Assembly: GCA_035298825.1 (NCBI GenBank)
Contig: DATGXR010000208.1
Span: 22,473 to 86,472 of the forward strand
Length of the DNA stretch: 64,000 nucleotides
DNA from: Bacteroidota bacterium
GTDB lineage: Bacteria > Bacteroidota > Ignavibacteria > UBA10030 > UBA8401
Direction: 5' to 3'
The notes below the pieces were generated by a model. That model did not search any database. It worked only from the letters and a program-made list of their open reading frames with translations, and was not told where the DNA came from. How positions within the stretch are numbered: position 1 is the stretch's first letter; the number at the start of each line of letters is the position of its first letter. This document shows positions 1-9,196 of the stretch, one piece after another. The translations under genes were made by a program, and so were the position numbers.

Positions 1-1358
1 AGCAGCAACACGTCGCCGGGCTCAAGCGTGACATCGTTCGATCCGTATGATTCATCGCGGAACATGCCGACCGCCATGCCGCTCGATTCGAGCTGCACAA
101 GCTCGCTCGTCTGTGCGCGCCACAGGATGCCCGGCGGATGGCCCGCGTTCACCGAATGCAGCGTCCGCGTCACATCGCTGTACGATGCCATGATGAGCGT
201 CGCGAAAAGTTCACTGTCCTCTGTGTCCTCGCACAACGTGTTGTTCGTTTCGCCGATGAGACATTCAAGATTCGTAAATCGCCGGCTCTCGGAACGGAGG
301 ATGCTCCTGAGCGACGCGAGAATGAACGCCGAGCCGAGTCCGTGTCCAGACACGTCGGCCACGCCAAAGATCCATTCGTTCCTGCCGCATTCGAAGCACG
401 AATACAAATCGCCTCCGACTTCGGCCGCCGGATGACATCGTGCCGCAATATCGAGTGTTGAAAACGCGGGCAGACGCTTCGGCAGAAGACTTTCCTGGAT
501 CTTTCGCGCAAAGTCAAATTCATGCCGCAGGGCTTCGGCCTCGCGAGCTTCCTTGATCAGAAGCGAGGATTTGATCGCGATGCCGAGATAGCCTGCCAGC
601 GCGGTCAGCGAAACACGGTCGCCCGTCGTGAATCTGCCCTCATGATGTTTCGACGCGACAAGCACCGCTCCCATCGATACATTGTCGGCGGCGACGGGCA
701 CGGCAAGCAGTCCAGGCTTGCCGCCCGATGATTCCGACGTCTCGGCATTTTTTTCTTCGACGATGATATGCGTATTCGCGGTGCAGACGTATTCGGCGTA
801 TCCGAGAATCTCGGTATCGCTCAGTCCGCCTGTGTCTCCGATCGAACAACGTTTCACCATGGCTGATATCGCATCGTCAATGAACGCCACAGCGCCGTAT
901 CCCACATCGAGGGTCTGCATCGCTTTCTGCAGCACCGCCATACAGATGCTGTCCTCGTCGAGCACCGAACTGACATCGTTGATGACATCGTACAACACAT
1001 GCAGTTCCTGATATCGCTCAAGGAGCTCGGTCGACAGGTTCTGCATCTCCTCTTCATTCTTGATGATGAAGACGATGACCTCGGTGGTGAAATCGAGCAC
1101 CTGTTCGCGCAACAGTTCGGTGCCCGGCAGCGGCTGGTCCAACGAATACAGATACCACTTTGAACCGTCGCGCAGCACGATCGCCCGTTCCGTTTCCTGC
1201 GCGATCTCGTTCAGGAACGGTTCGCTGCGATCCTCAACCGGTGTCTTCACAATCTCCGTCCGATCGCTGTCAAGCAGACAGAAGGGGATGCCGGTATATC
1301 TCGCGACATTGGTGAGAAATTTCGATACGGCTTCTTGTAATACTGTGCTTGCTATCAT
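1..1358 (-). CDS. PP2C-family serine phosphatase (SpoIIE/RsbU-like) with N-terminal GAF-like domain; partial, 3' end runs off the window start
   Basis: Absent from the ORF track because it has no stop inside the window. Hand translation of the minus strand gives ...CGRNEWIFGVADVSGHGLGSAFILASLRSIL... (the PP2C/SpoIIE GDVSGHG-type motif) and ...NDVTLEPGDVLLL at the window edge. The upstream half (MIASTVLQEAVSKFLTNVARYTGIPFCLLDS...NVSMGAVLVASKHHEGRFTTGDRVSLTALAGYLGIAIKSSLLIKEAREAEALRHEFDFARKIQESLLP) looks like GAF followed by the SpoIIE N-terminal region. The ATG (complement 1358-1356) lies 11 nt after the stop of the upstream gene. Confidence 0.8.
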   Translation of the reverse strand, partial: MIASTVLQEAVSKFLTNVARYTGIPFCLLDSDRTEIVKTPVEDRSEPFLNEIAQETERAIVLRDGSKWYLYSLDQPLPGTELLREQVLDFTTEVIVFIIKNEEEMQNLSTELLERYQELHVLYDVINDVSSVLDEDSICMAVLQKAMQTLDVGYGAVAFIDDAISAMVKRCSIGDTGGLSDTEILGYAEYVCTANTHIIVEEKNAETSESSGGKPGLLAVPVAADNVSMGAVLVASKHHEGRFTTGDRVSLTALAGYLGIAIKSSLLIKEAREAEALRHEFDFARKIQESLLPKRLPAFSTLDIAARCHPAAEVGGDLYSCFECGRNEWIFGVADVSGHGLGSAFILASLRSILRSESRRFTNLECLIGETNNTLCEDTEDSELFATLIMASYSDVTRTLHSVNAGHPPGILWRAQTSELVQLESSGMAVGMFRDESYGSNDVTLEPGDVLL

Positions 1359-1369
1359 CGGGGAATCGG

Positions 1370-3328
1370 TTACATGCGCTGCGATGCCACATCGGGATCG
1401 CGCAGTTGATAAATAATGATCGAATCATCGCTGTAAAAGACGCTCATATCGGCATGTGTCCGGATGTATGTCTCGCACCATTGGCGCGTGCGCCGCATGG
1501 CGTCCTTGTCGAGCGGAGCAATCTCGGAGCTGATTGCGCTGGCGTCTGAATTCTTTTCAATGAAAATAAACACAAGCGCCGTCGGAATGGAGCCGCGCTG
1601 TCCGTGCCGATATGTCGCCGGATCGTACAGCGATGTAAAATATTCATAATCGAGGAAGCGCCCGCGGTTCATTCCAGCCAGTAATATACCGCGATGCGCG
1701 ACAATTGTCCATTGATAGGGAATGTACGTCCGTTCGATCGCATACAGATTTTTGACGAATCCGTCGGGCTCTGCCGTGCTGCCGATTGCTGCGGGTGTTC
1801 CCGGAAACAACAAGATCACCGCGCCCAGCGCGCATATTGCTGCCGATGTTCGCACGCTCACGGCGAGCGCCTGCGAGAGACGGACTTTCGCCATCACCCA
1901 TTCGAACAAATCAAGGATGATTCCTGCGCAGAGTCCGATGGTGACGGCCGCGACGACACTGAGCAGGTATACCGATTGCGCTGCCGGCAGCGTTTCGGGA
2001 AGACCTGCGGCGAAGGGAGGGAGCATCGCAAGAAAGAGCATGCCCGTTGCGCCCCATCCAATCAGATGCATGTGCCAGGATTTCCGCGGACGCGGGATGA
2101 ACGCGACGGCAATGAGTACGACAAACATGCCGGCACAGCACTGGATAAACCATCCCTCGGGTATTGCAGTGATGTCGGCATAGCGATAAAAATGCGTGTC
2201 GTAGAAAATAATCTGAAGCACCGTTTGCATGGACGCATCGGCATAGGCATATGCCCATAACGCGCACGCCAAGAGGCCGAGCACGACAGTCAACATCGCA
2301 TGCAGGGCAAGCGTCCGGCCGCGAAGCCTCGGCAGCGAATGGAGAATGAAGATCGACGAGCACAGAATCGCCGCAGCGGCGAATAAACCAGCGCATCCCA
2401 CAAAAACATTGATCAGCGCGCTTGCCGCGAGTCCCGACAGGGAGGCGAAGAGTCGCAGGGGAGTTCCCTGCGTCACGTAGTTCATCAAAAATGTCAGCGA
2501 CGGGAGGAGAAAAACGAGCGCGAGCGTGAGGCTGTCCGCTTCAATCTGATGGTTCACGGAGATCGGCAGAAACGCATAGGCGCAGCCAAGAACCGCTGTT
2601 CCAATGGCAGCCTCGATGTGGCTCCGCACGGCGGCGAAAATCGTATAATAGATCGACGCGCACAGAAGGAGCGAGGAGATGAGACCGAAATAATGCACGG
2701 CGATTGTGGGATCGACCTGTGAAGCAATGCACAGGGCGCTGATGATTGCAGGCATGCCCATATACATGCGCGACGATCCGAGGTGGACCTGGTTGATCTG
2801 CAGACGCTTCACCTGTTCGAGCGTCTCGTAATATTCAGGCGACAGCGGCGCGGGATGCTCCCAGACGGGGCCGATGCGGATGATGATCGCCGCAATACAG
2901 ATTGCCAGAAACGTGCCGAGATACAACAAGCGGACGATGATCTCACGCTTCCACACGAAGGAGATCGACATGCCGAAGCGCTTCAGAATGGACGGCCGCG
3001 ACACGATTTCGACCCACCGCAGCAACACCGATTTGATCAGCACGAAACCGATATGCTTCCGCCGGTACATCATCCACCACTTGAATCCGACGATCCAGAG
3101 GCTCAGGATGACGATCGAAATATTATCGTTGATCTTCAGCTGCACGAAGATCTGCGTCATGACAATCGTCAGCAATCCCATGAACAGTCCCATCCCGAAT
3201 ACGCGCTCGGCGAGACTCTTCGAAGGGAACGCGGGGAAGAGCATCGCAGGCAGAACGGCGAACAGCATCGCGCATGCGGGCAGCATCCGGAGCATCGAAA
3301 TGATCAATATGGAATGATAGTCGCTCAT
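1370..3328 (-). CDS. large polytopic inner-membrane protein (about 14 or more hydrophobic helices, C-terminal soluble tail of about 110 aa); function unknown, candidate polymerase/export component of the EPS locus
   Basis: 652-aa ORF, almost entirely hydrophobic helices, with an AAGGA Shine-Dalgarno ahead of the ATG at 3328. It is packed 6 nt downstream of the preceding membrane-protein gene in the same operon. I see no recognisable family motif. Confidence 0.55.
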   Translation of the reverse strand: MSDYHSILIISMLRMLPACAMLFAVLPAMLFPAFPSKSLAERVFGMGLFMGLLTIVMTQIFVQLKINDNISIVILSLWIVGFKWWMMYRRKHIGFVLIKSVLLRWVEIVSRPSILKRFGMSISFVWKREIIVRLLYLGTFLAICIAAIIIRIGPVWEHPAPLSPEYYETLEQVKRLQINQVHLGSSRMYMGMPAIISALCIASQVDPTIAVHYFGLISSLLLCASIYYTIFAAVRSHIEAAIGTAVLGCAYAFLPISVNHQIEADSLTLALVFLLPSLTFLMNYVTQGTPLRLFASLSGLAASALINVFVGCAGLFAAAAILCSSIFILHSLPRLRGRTLALHAMLTVVLGLLACALWAYAYADASMQTVLQIIFYDTHFYRYADITAIPEGWFIQCCAGMFVVLIAVAFIPRPRKSWHMHLIGWGATGMLFLAMLPPFAAGLPETLPAAQSVYLLSVVAAVTIGLCAGIILDLFEWVMAKVRLSQALAVSVRTSAAICALGAVILLFPGTPAAIGSTAEPDGFVKNLYAIERTYIPYQWTIVAHRGILLAGMNRGRFLDYEYFTSLYDPATYRHGQRGSIPTALVFIFIEKNSDASAISSEIAPLDKDAMRRTRQWCETYIRTHADMSVFYSDDSIIIYQLRDPDVASQRM

Positions 3329-3334
3329 CGTTCC

Positions 3335-4999
3335 TTAGTAGGCGGCATAATAATAATAATCGAGCTTGTTGAAGAACTGGCGCGCATAGTTCATCGTCAT
3401 CAGCGCAAACACGAGCGAGCCGAACACGAGTCCTCCCACACCGTATTCATAATGGATCCAGCGGCTCAGCAGCAGACTCACCACCACATTGACGCCGAGT
3501 CCGGCGACGATCGAGCGGATCGCGAATTCGGGCCGCGAGAGCGTGAAGAAGAACAGGCAATTGTAGAGTCCGAGTGCGAGAAAAAAGTATCCGAATGCCG
3601 CCGCCCAAAAAACTTGGAATGTCACCACGTTGCTGAAAAATTCGCGTACCTCGCGGATGTAATCGAATCGCTGGAGCGAAAGGACGCCGAAGTACGTCAC
3701 CATGATGCTCAGGACGCCGATTGACAGGATGGCCGCAAGATGCCGCACAAAGAATTTTTTATAGAACATGATATACGCGCCCGCGTCGTCGTTGCGAACG
3801 CTGCGCTGCTGAAAGATCTGATGATATGAAAATTCATGAATCATATACTCGAGCGCGGCCATGGTGAGCACAAGCGAGAGCAGCGCCCAGTCCATGCCAA
3901 GTTCGTACGACGTCCTGAACCAGATGATGTACGGAGGCGGCTCCGGATTCGGCGCGGACCAGCTCACGATGCGGTCCACGAACAGATTGAAAAAGTACAG
4001 GAAGCCGTAAACGAAATACGGCGCCACCGTATACACACGCACGGGCGGATGCGGCAGCCGGCTCGATTTGAGGAACGTATCGGTCCGCTTCGCGCGGCGT
4101 CGCAGGATGAAGATCGTATAGGCGGCCGTGAGCACGATTGCAGTGCTCATGCCTGCCGCATGAGCAACGTAGATACCGAGGCGCGTGTATTCCATTACGA
4201 GATAGACGGGAATCACTCCCGCCATCGTGAAGACAAACACGGCAAATTGTTTGTCGAGCACGTAGGCCAGCGATGAAAACAGCCACAACTCGGACAGAAG
4301 CACGAAATACATGAGACTGATGAGGACGAGCCTGTTGTCGTAATAGGGAATGATGAGGTTCAGCAGGTAGAGCGCGGTGCCTGCAAGCAGAACCACGACA
4401 GTAGCCGCCGCGATGATCTTCAGCGTGATCTGCTGCGCCAGGAAATAATTCTTATGTCCCGCGTACCGTACACCTTCGCGTCCGATGCTTTGGATGAATC
4501 CTCCGGTCACGATGAAACTGAGTATCGTTCCGATTGCGACGACGGTGGCTTGCGCCTCGGTAAAGTCGACCCACGCCCAGAGCGAGTAGCGCAGGAGCAG
4601 CACGGAAGCGATCTGTCCCGCCATCGGAAGCGCAGCCCATGCGCCTTTGAAATAAAACAACAGTGCGCGGGCAAGCTTGTTCTCGCGCTTCGGTGGTTCC
4701 GGCGGTCCCTGTTCGGGCCGCGTGCGTTCGGCATCCACATGGATCAGGTACAGCACTCGTTCGGCGAGTGTGAACAGGTCGTGACGCTGGTACTGCTTGA
4801 TGGCATCGATATCGCGCAGACCGAGACTCTCGAGCGCAGCCGCCACAGCCCAGACGTCGAGCGGCTCGCCGATAAGATTGAAGACTTCGCGCGCCAGATG
4901 CACTTCCTGCTCGGCAAGAAGCGTCGAAAATACGCGCCGGGTCGTCGGGGCGACGCTCTTGATATCGTTCTGTATGTCTGTTGATTCGTCAGCGCTCAT
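3335..4999 (-). CDS. polytopic membrane protein with about 125-aa cytoplasmic N-terminal domain and about 12-13 TM helices; possibly PelG-like / MOP-superfamily polysaccharide exporter
   Basis: 554-aa ORF whose start codon overlaps the stop of the upstream GT4 gene (ATGA at 4996-4999). The TM count and position after PelF-like genes suggest an exporter, but I cannot show PelG homology by eye. Confidence 0.5.
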   Translation of the reverse strand: MSADESTDIQNDIKSVAPTTRRVFSTLLAEQEVHLAREVFNLIGEPLDVWAVAAALESLGLRDIDAIKQYQRHDLFTLAERVLYLIHVDAERTRPEQGPPEPPKRENKLARALLFYFKGAWAALPMAGQIASVLLLRYSLWAWVDFTEAQATVVAIGTILSFIVTGGFIQSIGREGVRYAGHKNYFLAQQITLKIIAAATVVVLLAGTALYLLNLIIPYYDNRLVLISLMYFVLLSELWLFSSLAYVLDKQFAVFVFTMAGVIPVYLVMEYTRLGIYVAHAAGMSTAIVLTAAYTIFILRRRAKRTDTFLKSSRLPHPPVRVYTVAPYFVYGFLYFFNLFVDRIVSWSAPNPEPPPYIIWFRTSYELGMDWALLSLVLTMAALEYMIHEFSYHQIFQQRSVRNDDAGAYIMFYKKFFVRHLAAILSIGVLSIMVTYFGVLSLQRFDYIREVREFFSNVVTFQVFWAAAFGYFFLALGLYNCLFFFTLSRPEFAIRSIVAGLGVNVVVSLLLSRWIHYEYGVGGLVFGSLVFALMTMNYARQFFNKLDYYYYAAY

Positions 5000-6501
5000 G
5001 CGTGTATCTGATTGTCGGCTGCAAGCCGTTCGTACGAAACTAAATATTCATTCATTGCGAGTGTTGTCCTGTATCGAAGCAGCACGCGGTCGCGCGAGAG
5101 CTTGCCGAGTCCCTGTCTGAGCTCGTGGTCGCGCAGCAGCGTCACAACGCCTTCGGCAAGACCCGCCGCATCGCGGGGACGCGCCAGAAGACCATAGGCC
5201 TCGACCGCTTCGCGCACTCCGCCTACGTCGGTCGCAACGACGGGCCGGGCGCATGCCATCGATTCGATGACGGTATAGGGAAATCCCTCGGAGATGCTCG
5301 AGAGAATACTGATGTCGCCCTCGTTATACACTTCGTGCGGCTTCGGATGAAACCCGCCGAAGATAAAATTTTTCTCAAGCGCATAATTACGGATGAGCGC
5401 CATGCATCGCTCCGTGTACGGCAGGTCCACATCCGCCGGACCGTAGACGATATATTGCACGTCCGGTATTTCCTTCCGCACCTCGGCACATGAATGGACC
5501 ATCGTTTCGATGTCCTTCAGCGGAAAGATGCGAGCCACGGCGACGACAGTCGGGCGATTCAGCGTCTTTTCCGGCTTCTGACGCGGCGTGAAGATTCCCG
5601 GATCGATGCCGTTGTAGATCGTCCTGATCCTGTCGCGCGATCCGCCGAATCGAAGCTCCCAGCGTTGATTGTATTCGCACACCGGCGAGATCTGATCGGC
5701 GCACGTATAGATCATGCGTGTCGCGTACGACGAGAGATTCAAGATGAACCGTTTCGCGAATCGGCTCAGCTTCTCGCTTGCAAGCGCGATATACCGTTCG
5801 CGGATGAAGATGCCATGATCCGTCACGACGATTCGCGCGCCGAATTCGTACTTCGCCGCCACTACCGCGAGACAGGAGGGACTGGCCAGCGTTGCATGGG
5901 CGATATCCACTCTGGGCAGTGCCACGCTCAACGGAAGCATGAAACTATACAGCCAGCGCAGCGCTGTCGTCACATCGAATAGGCTCGGCTGCTCTTCAGA
6001 CAAGTCACCCCATTGGCCGGCAGTCCTGAGCACCATCGCCCTGAACGTTTCCCACGTCAGACTCGAACGGAATGTCGTTTTATATTCATACTGTCTGAAA
6101 TATTTATAGAGCCGAAAAATTACCTCGGGACGCGGCGGCCGGCGGTTCGGATCGACGATGTCTTCGAGAAACTCCTCGAAGACGGGAATGAATTTTTCGC
6201 TGATGACCTCGTCCGTCGTTTCGGTCCTGTTTGTATAGATGTCGGCGAACGATCGTTCCGGCTGAATGTATTCTGACGGTTCCTCGCTGCCCCACATCGG
6301 CACCTGGCGCAGATACCGCACGTTCGACGGAAGCACATATTTCATCGTCGAGATGGGAGCGCCCGTTACCGCAATGATTGAAAAATGCACGGACTTCAAT
6401 TCGCGGATCAAACTGTCGCACCATGTGCTGACGCCGCCGCCGACGTACGGATACGTGCCTTCGGTGATGAGCAGTACGTTCAACTGGCGTTGTGCATTCA
6501 T
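4996..6501 (-). CDS. PelF-like glycosyltransferase (DUF3492 N-terminal domain + GT4 C-terminal domain)
   Basis: 501 aa. The N-terminus LNVLLITEGTYPYVGGGVSTWCDSLIRELKSVHFSIIAV matches the PelF/DUF3492 signature (P. aeruginosa PelF has CLLLEGTWPYVRGGVSSW). The C-terminal half carries a GT4 retaining-GT motif, ...ISILSSISEGFPYTVIESMACARPVVATDVGGVRE... Confidence 0.8.
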   Translation of the reverse strand: MNAQRQLNVLLITEGTYPYVGGGVSTWCDSLIRELKSVHFSIIAVTGAPISTMKYVLPSNVRYLRQVPMWGSEEPSEYIQPERSFADIYTNRTETTDEVISEKFIPVFEEFLEDIVDPNRRPPRPEVIFRLYKYFRQYEYKTTFRSSLTWETFRAMVLRTAGQWGDLSEEQPSLFDVTTALRWLYSFMLPLSVALPRVDIAHATLASPSCLAVVAAKYEFGARIVVTDHGIFIRERYIALASEKLSRFAKRFILNLSSYATRMIYTCADQISPVCEYNQRWELRFGGSRDRIRTIYNGIDPGIFTPRQKPEKTLNRPTVVAVARIFPLKDIETMVHSCAEVRKEIPDVQYIVYGPADVDLPYTERCMALIRNYALEKNFIFGGFHPKPHEVYNEGDISILSSISEGFPYTVIESMACARPVVATDVGGVREAVEAYGLLARPRDAAGLAEGVVTLLRDHELRQGLGKLSRDRVLLRYRTTLAMNEYLVSYERLAADNQIHA

Positions 6502-6505
6502 GAGA

Positions 6506-7708
6506 TCAATTCGATAATAATGTGCCGTACAATTGCCGATAGGTGCCGATCATCGCTTCGAGCGAATGTGTGCTCTCGACGATCGCCCTGCCCGCCTGCG
6601 AGCATGCCTCATAAAGCGGCCGGTCGGCAAGCAGTGACATCACGGCGCGCGCGCAGGCCGCATGATCGGCAGGGGGACAAAGAATTCCTGCATGGGCGAA
6701 GCCGGCGGGCGCAACGATCTCTGACACTCCGCCCACATCCGTTGCCACAACGGGAATGCCATACGACATCGCTTCAAGCAGTACAAGCGGCTGCGCTTCG
6801 CTTGCACTCGTGAGCACGGCCACATCGATCGACGGATAGAGGGCATGCACATCGGCCTCACCCGTAAACGAAAATTTTTTTAATCCGAGCGAATCGGCCA
6901 GTCGGACGCACTCCGCATAATACGCCGGATCGTGATGCGTGGGCCCGATGACGGACCATCGGGATTCGGGCATCGTCGTCTGCGCAACGGCGCATGCGCG
7001 TATGAACGTTGTAATATCCTTGAGCGGCGACACGCGTCCCACGAGCGCGATGTGTGCAGCTCCAGTTCTCGTTGTGTATGCCGAGATCTGCCGATCGATC
7101 GCCACGCCGTTTGGAATCACACGCGCCTTCCTCTCGCTTGCACCGAGTGCGATCTGGCTTCGACGGTTAAAATCGCAGACCGTCGTGATCGCATCGGCCG
7201 CCTCGTACGCATCGAGTGCGAGCGAGCGAAACGTTTCGCTCCAGCTTTCCCACGTGCGGCCGAGCGCGAGCGGTCCCGCTTCGGTTTCGACGATCTTGAA
7301 TCCGCATTCGAGTTCGCCGATGCCCAGTTCAGCCTCGCGCCAGTAGAGTCCGTGTTCAGTCAGCAGCATTGGTGCGCGGCGGCGCCGTTTCAGCGCCGTG
7401 CCGAGGTATCCCGCAAATCCCGTCGAAAGGGGATGATACATGCGCGCAACCGGCACCTGATCGAGCAGCGTATCGAGTCCAATTGTGAGCGGAGTGCCAT
7501 GCTCGGGTGCATTGAGCGAGATATCGACAACAGAACGGATATTCGACGGAACTCTGTAGCGTTTCTCTCGCGGTCTCTCTCCATAATACAAATGCGCCAC
7601 GCAAAACGTCAGTTCACTCAATCCGTTGACAAGCGCATCGACCCACGCTGCCACTCCTCCCGTTTTGTACGGGTACGTTCCTTCAAGCACGAGGCAGATA
7701 TCGGTCAT
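6506..7708 (-). CDS. second PelF-like GT4 glycosyltransferase (shorter paralogue)
   Basis: 400 aa. The N-terminus ICLVLEGTYPYKTGGVAAWVDALVNGLSELTFCV carries the same DUF3492-type motif, followed by a GT4 EX7E-type region (...LTSASEAQPLVLLEAMSYGIPVVATDVGGVSE...). The start overlaps the stop of the upstream kinase gene (ATGA at 7705-7708). Confidence 0.75.
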   Translation of the reverse strand: MTDICLVLEGTYPYKTGGVAAWVDALVNGLSELTFCVAHLYYGERPREKRYRVPSNIRSVVDISLNAPEHGTPLTIGLDTLLDQVPVARMYHPLSTGFAGYLGTALKRRRRAPMLLTEHGLYWREAELGIGELECGFKIVETEAGPLALGRTWESWSETFRSLALDAYEAADAITTVCDFNRRSQIALGASERKARVIPNGVAIDRQISAYTTRTGAAHIALVGRVSPLKDITTFIRACAVAQTTMPESRWSVIGPTHHDPAYYAECVRLADSLGLKKFSFTGEADVHALYPSIDVAVLTSASEAQPLVLLEAMSYGIPVVATDVGGVSEIVAPAGFAHAGILCPPADHAACARAVMSLLADRPLYEACSQAGRAIVESTHSLEAMIGTYRQLYGTLLSN

Positions 7709-8118
7709 GTCGACTGGGCCTGTTTGGTGGAGATGGACATTTTCAATTCGGTGCCAACCGGCTGCTGGATGAGCTGCACATCGTCCATCAGCGAACGGAT
7801 GAGGTAGATGCCGTATCCGCCTTCGCTTGCGATGTCGGTATCGGGCGAATCATATTGATCCATTCGCATCCCGATGCCGTAATCGCGAATGTTCAGTCGA
7901 ATTGTCGATCCATCGATTTCAAGCGACACATCCACGCGTCCCTCACGCGCCGGTTTGTATCCATGGACGATGCAGTTGGTCACCGCCTCGCTCGACGCAA
8001 GCAGTACACGATTCACGATGTCGGCATGGATGCCCGTGTCGATGAGCGTATCCGCGATCCAATTTCGGATCTCCTTTACTTTTTCAGGCGTGCAGTGGAA
8101 CGATGACTGTGCGTTCAT
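7705..8118 (-). CDS. anti-sigma regulatory factor / partner-switching serine kinase (RsbW/SpoIIAB-like, HATPase_c_2)
   Basis: 137 aa with ...SEAVTNCIVHGY...VDVSLEIDGSTIRLNIRDYGIGM...GGYGIYLIRSLMDDV, the N-box and G-box pattern of GHKL-type anti-sigma kinases. It sits inside the EPS operon. Confidence 0.75.
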   Translation of the reverse strand: MNAQSSFHCTPEKVKEIRNWIADTLIDTGIHADIVNRVLLASSEAVTNCIVHGYKPAREGRVDVSLEIDGSTIRLNIRDYGIGMRMDQYDSPDTDIASEGGYGIYLIRSLMDDVQLIQQPVGTELKMSISTKQAQST

Positions 8119-8199
8119 GCCGTTTTTTCTTTCGGTGATTGTAAAGATCGTGCGATGCTGTCCGCGATCGAAGGCGGTCGGTACACCGCGGTCCGTTAC

Positions 8200-9051
8200 T
8201 TATCGTGCCGGCAGGGTATTCAATTCGATCGTGCTGACAAACGATGAAAATCCATGGCTCCGTGACTGGTTGCGCGCATATGCGCGCGTCAGCGAATCGC
8301 CCTCAGGCGCATAATCGATCGCAAAAATCCTGAGTCCGTACGAGGTATGGAGCGCGGCGAGTTCGGCGCAGCGCGTCTCCGATGCGTCCTTCCGCACCGG
8401 GATGTACGTTTTATCCTTAAAATTATATGTGGCGAATACACTTTCAACAACAATGCCGTCGATCGCATCAGCGACTTCGGGAGCAAGAAACGTTCCATTG
8501 TTCATGAGTATGATCTTGTCGGGAAACTCCTCACGCATTGCATGGATGAGCTCGACCACGCCCGGCCGCAGCATCGGATAGAGGTCGGGTGATGCCACAT
8601 CCACCATATCGAGAAAAATTCCCTTGAATGATTTTCCAAAAATCACGGGAAGCACTTGGTCGATCAGCAGGGAATGCCAGCCGGATTTTGAGGCGTCGAC
8701 GTAAAAATGATCGGGCCAATTCGGATTCGCTCCCAACATCCATTCGGGACGGATATCCTTGTAATACCATCTGTACGATTCGGCCTCGCCGATGTTGATG
8801 TACGCGACGGGAATGATACCGCGTGCCGAGAGCGAATCGGCTTCATGCCTGCGGCTCTGGTCGGGATCGATGATCATCATCTGATACGGCAGCATCCGTG
8901 CGAGGCTGTAGTCGCCGGAAAACTGGACTCCGAAGTGATCGACAGAAGTAAGAGCGGTGCGTGGATTCGGATGACCCGGGCCGGACGATTCGCGACAGGC
9001 AAACGCAGTGATCAAACAAAGCAACAGCAGCGAAGCGAAGAGTGTGCGCAT
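8200..9051 (-). CDS. GH114-like glycoside hydrolase lipoprotein (PelA hydrolase-domain-like / TM1410 family; putative endo-alpha-1,4-polygalactosaminidase)
   Basis: Signal peptide plus lipobox (MRTLFASLLLLCLITAFAC) followed by a TIM-barrel-like region with ...GIIPVAYINIGEAESYRWYY...GIFLDMVDV...ILMNNGTFL...IDGIVVESVF, reminiscent of the GH114 family. Start taken at the internal ATG (9051); the ORF-track start is 9099. Confidence 0.6.
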   Translation of the reverse strand: MRTLFASLLLLCLITAFACRESSGPGHPNPRTALTSVDHFGVQFSGDYSLARMLPYQMMIIDPDQSRRHEADSLSARGIIPVAYINIGEAESYRWYYKDIRPEWMLGANPNWPDHFYVDASKSGWHSLLIDQVLPVIFGKSFKGIFLDMVDVASPDLYPMLRPGVVELIHAMREEFPDKIILMNNGTFLAPEVADAIDGIVVESVFATYNFKDKTYIPVRKDASETRCAELAALHTSYGLRIFAIDYAPEGDSLTRAYARNQSRSHGFSSFVSTIELNTLPAR

Positions 9052-9196
9052 TGATTGGTGATCGATTTTTCGTGTTATAATAGAGAATTTTCTAATCAAA
9101 AAATATACGATAAAACGTACTTACATACAATTGATCTCTGTATAATGAGGCAGAAAACGCCGAAAAAAATCCCGTCATCGGCCGAGGCTTCGCATG

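Noticed and set aside
28-1416. Several 60-135-aa plus-strand ORFs at the window start
   Set aside because: The minus strand here encodes a continuous GAF-PP2C phosphatase with diagnostic motifs. The plus-strand ORFs are antisense noise.
2783-3724. 313-aa plus-strand ORF rich in Asp/Arg/His/Glu opposite the 652-aa membrane-protein gene; similar long antisense ORFs at 41322..43076 (584 aa opposite kdpA), 35390..36163, 39226..39981 and 9708..10532
   Set aside because: Composition-biased mirror ORFs, expected in ~60% GC DNA. Each lies antisense to a gene with strong homology evidence and has no motifs of its own.
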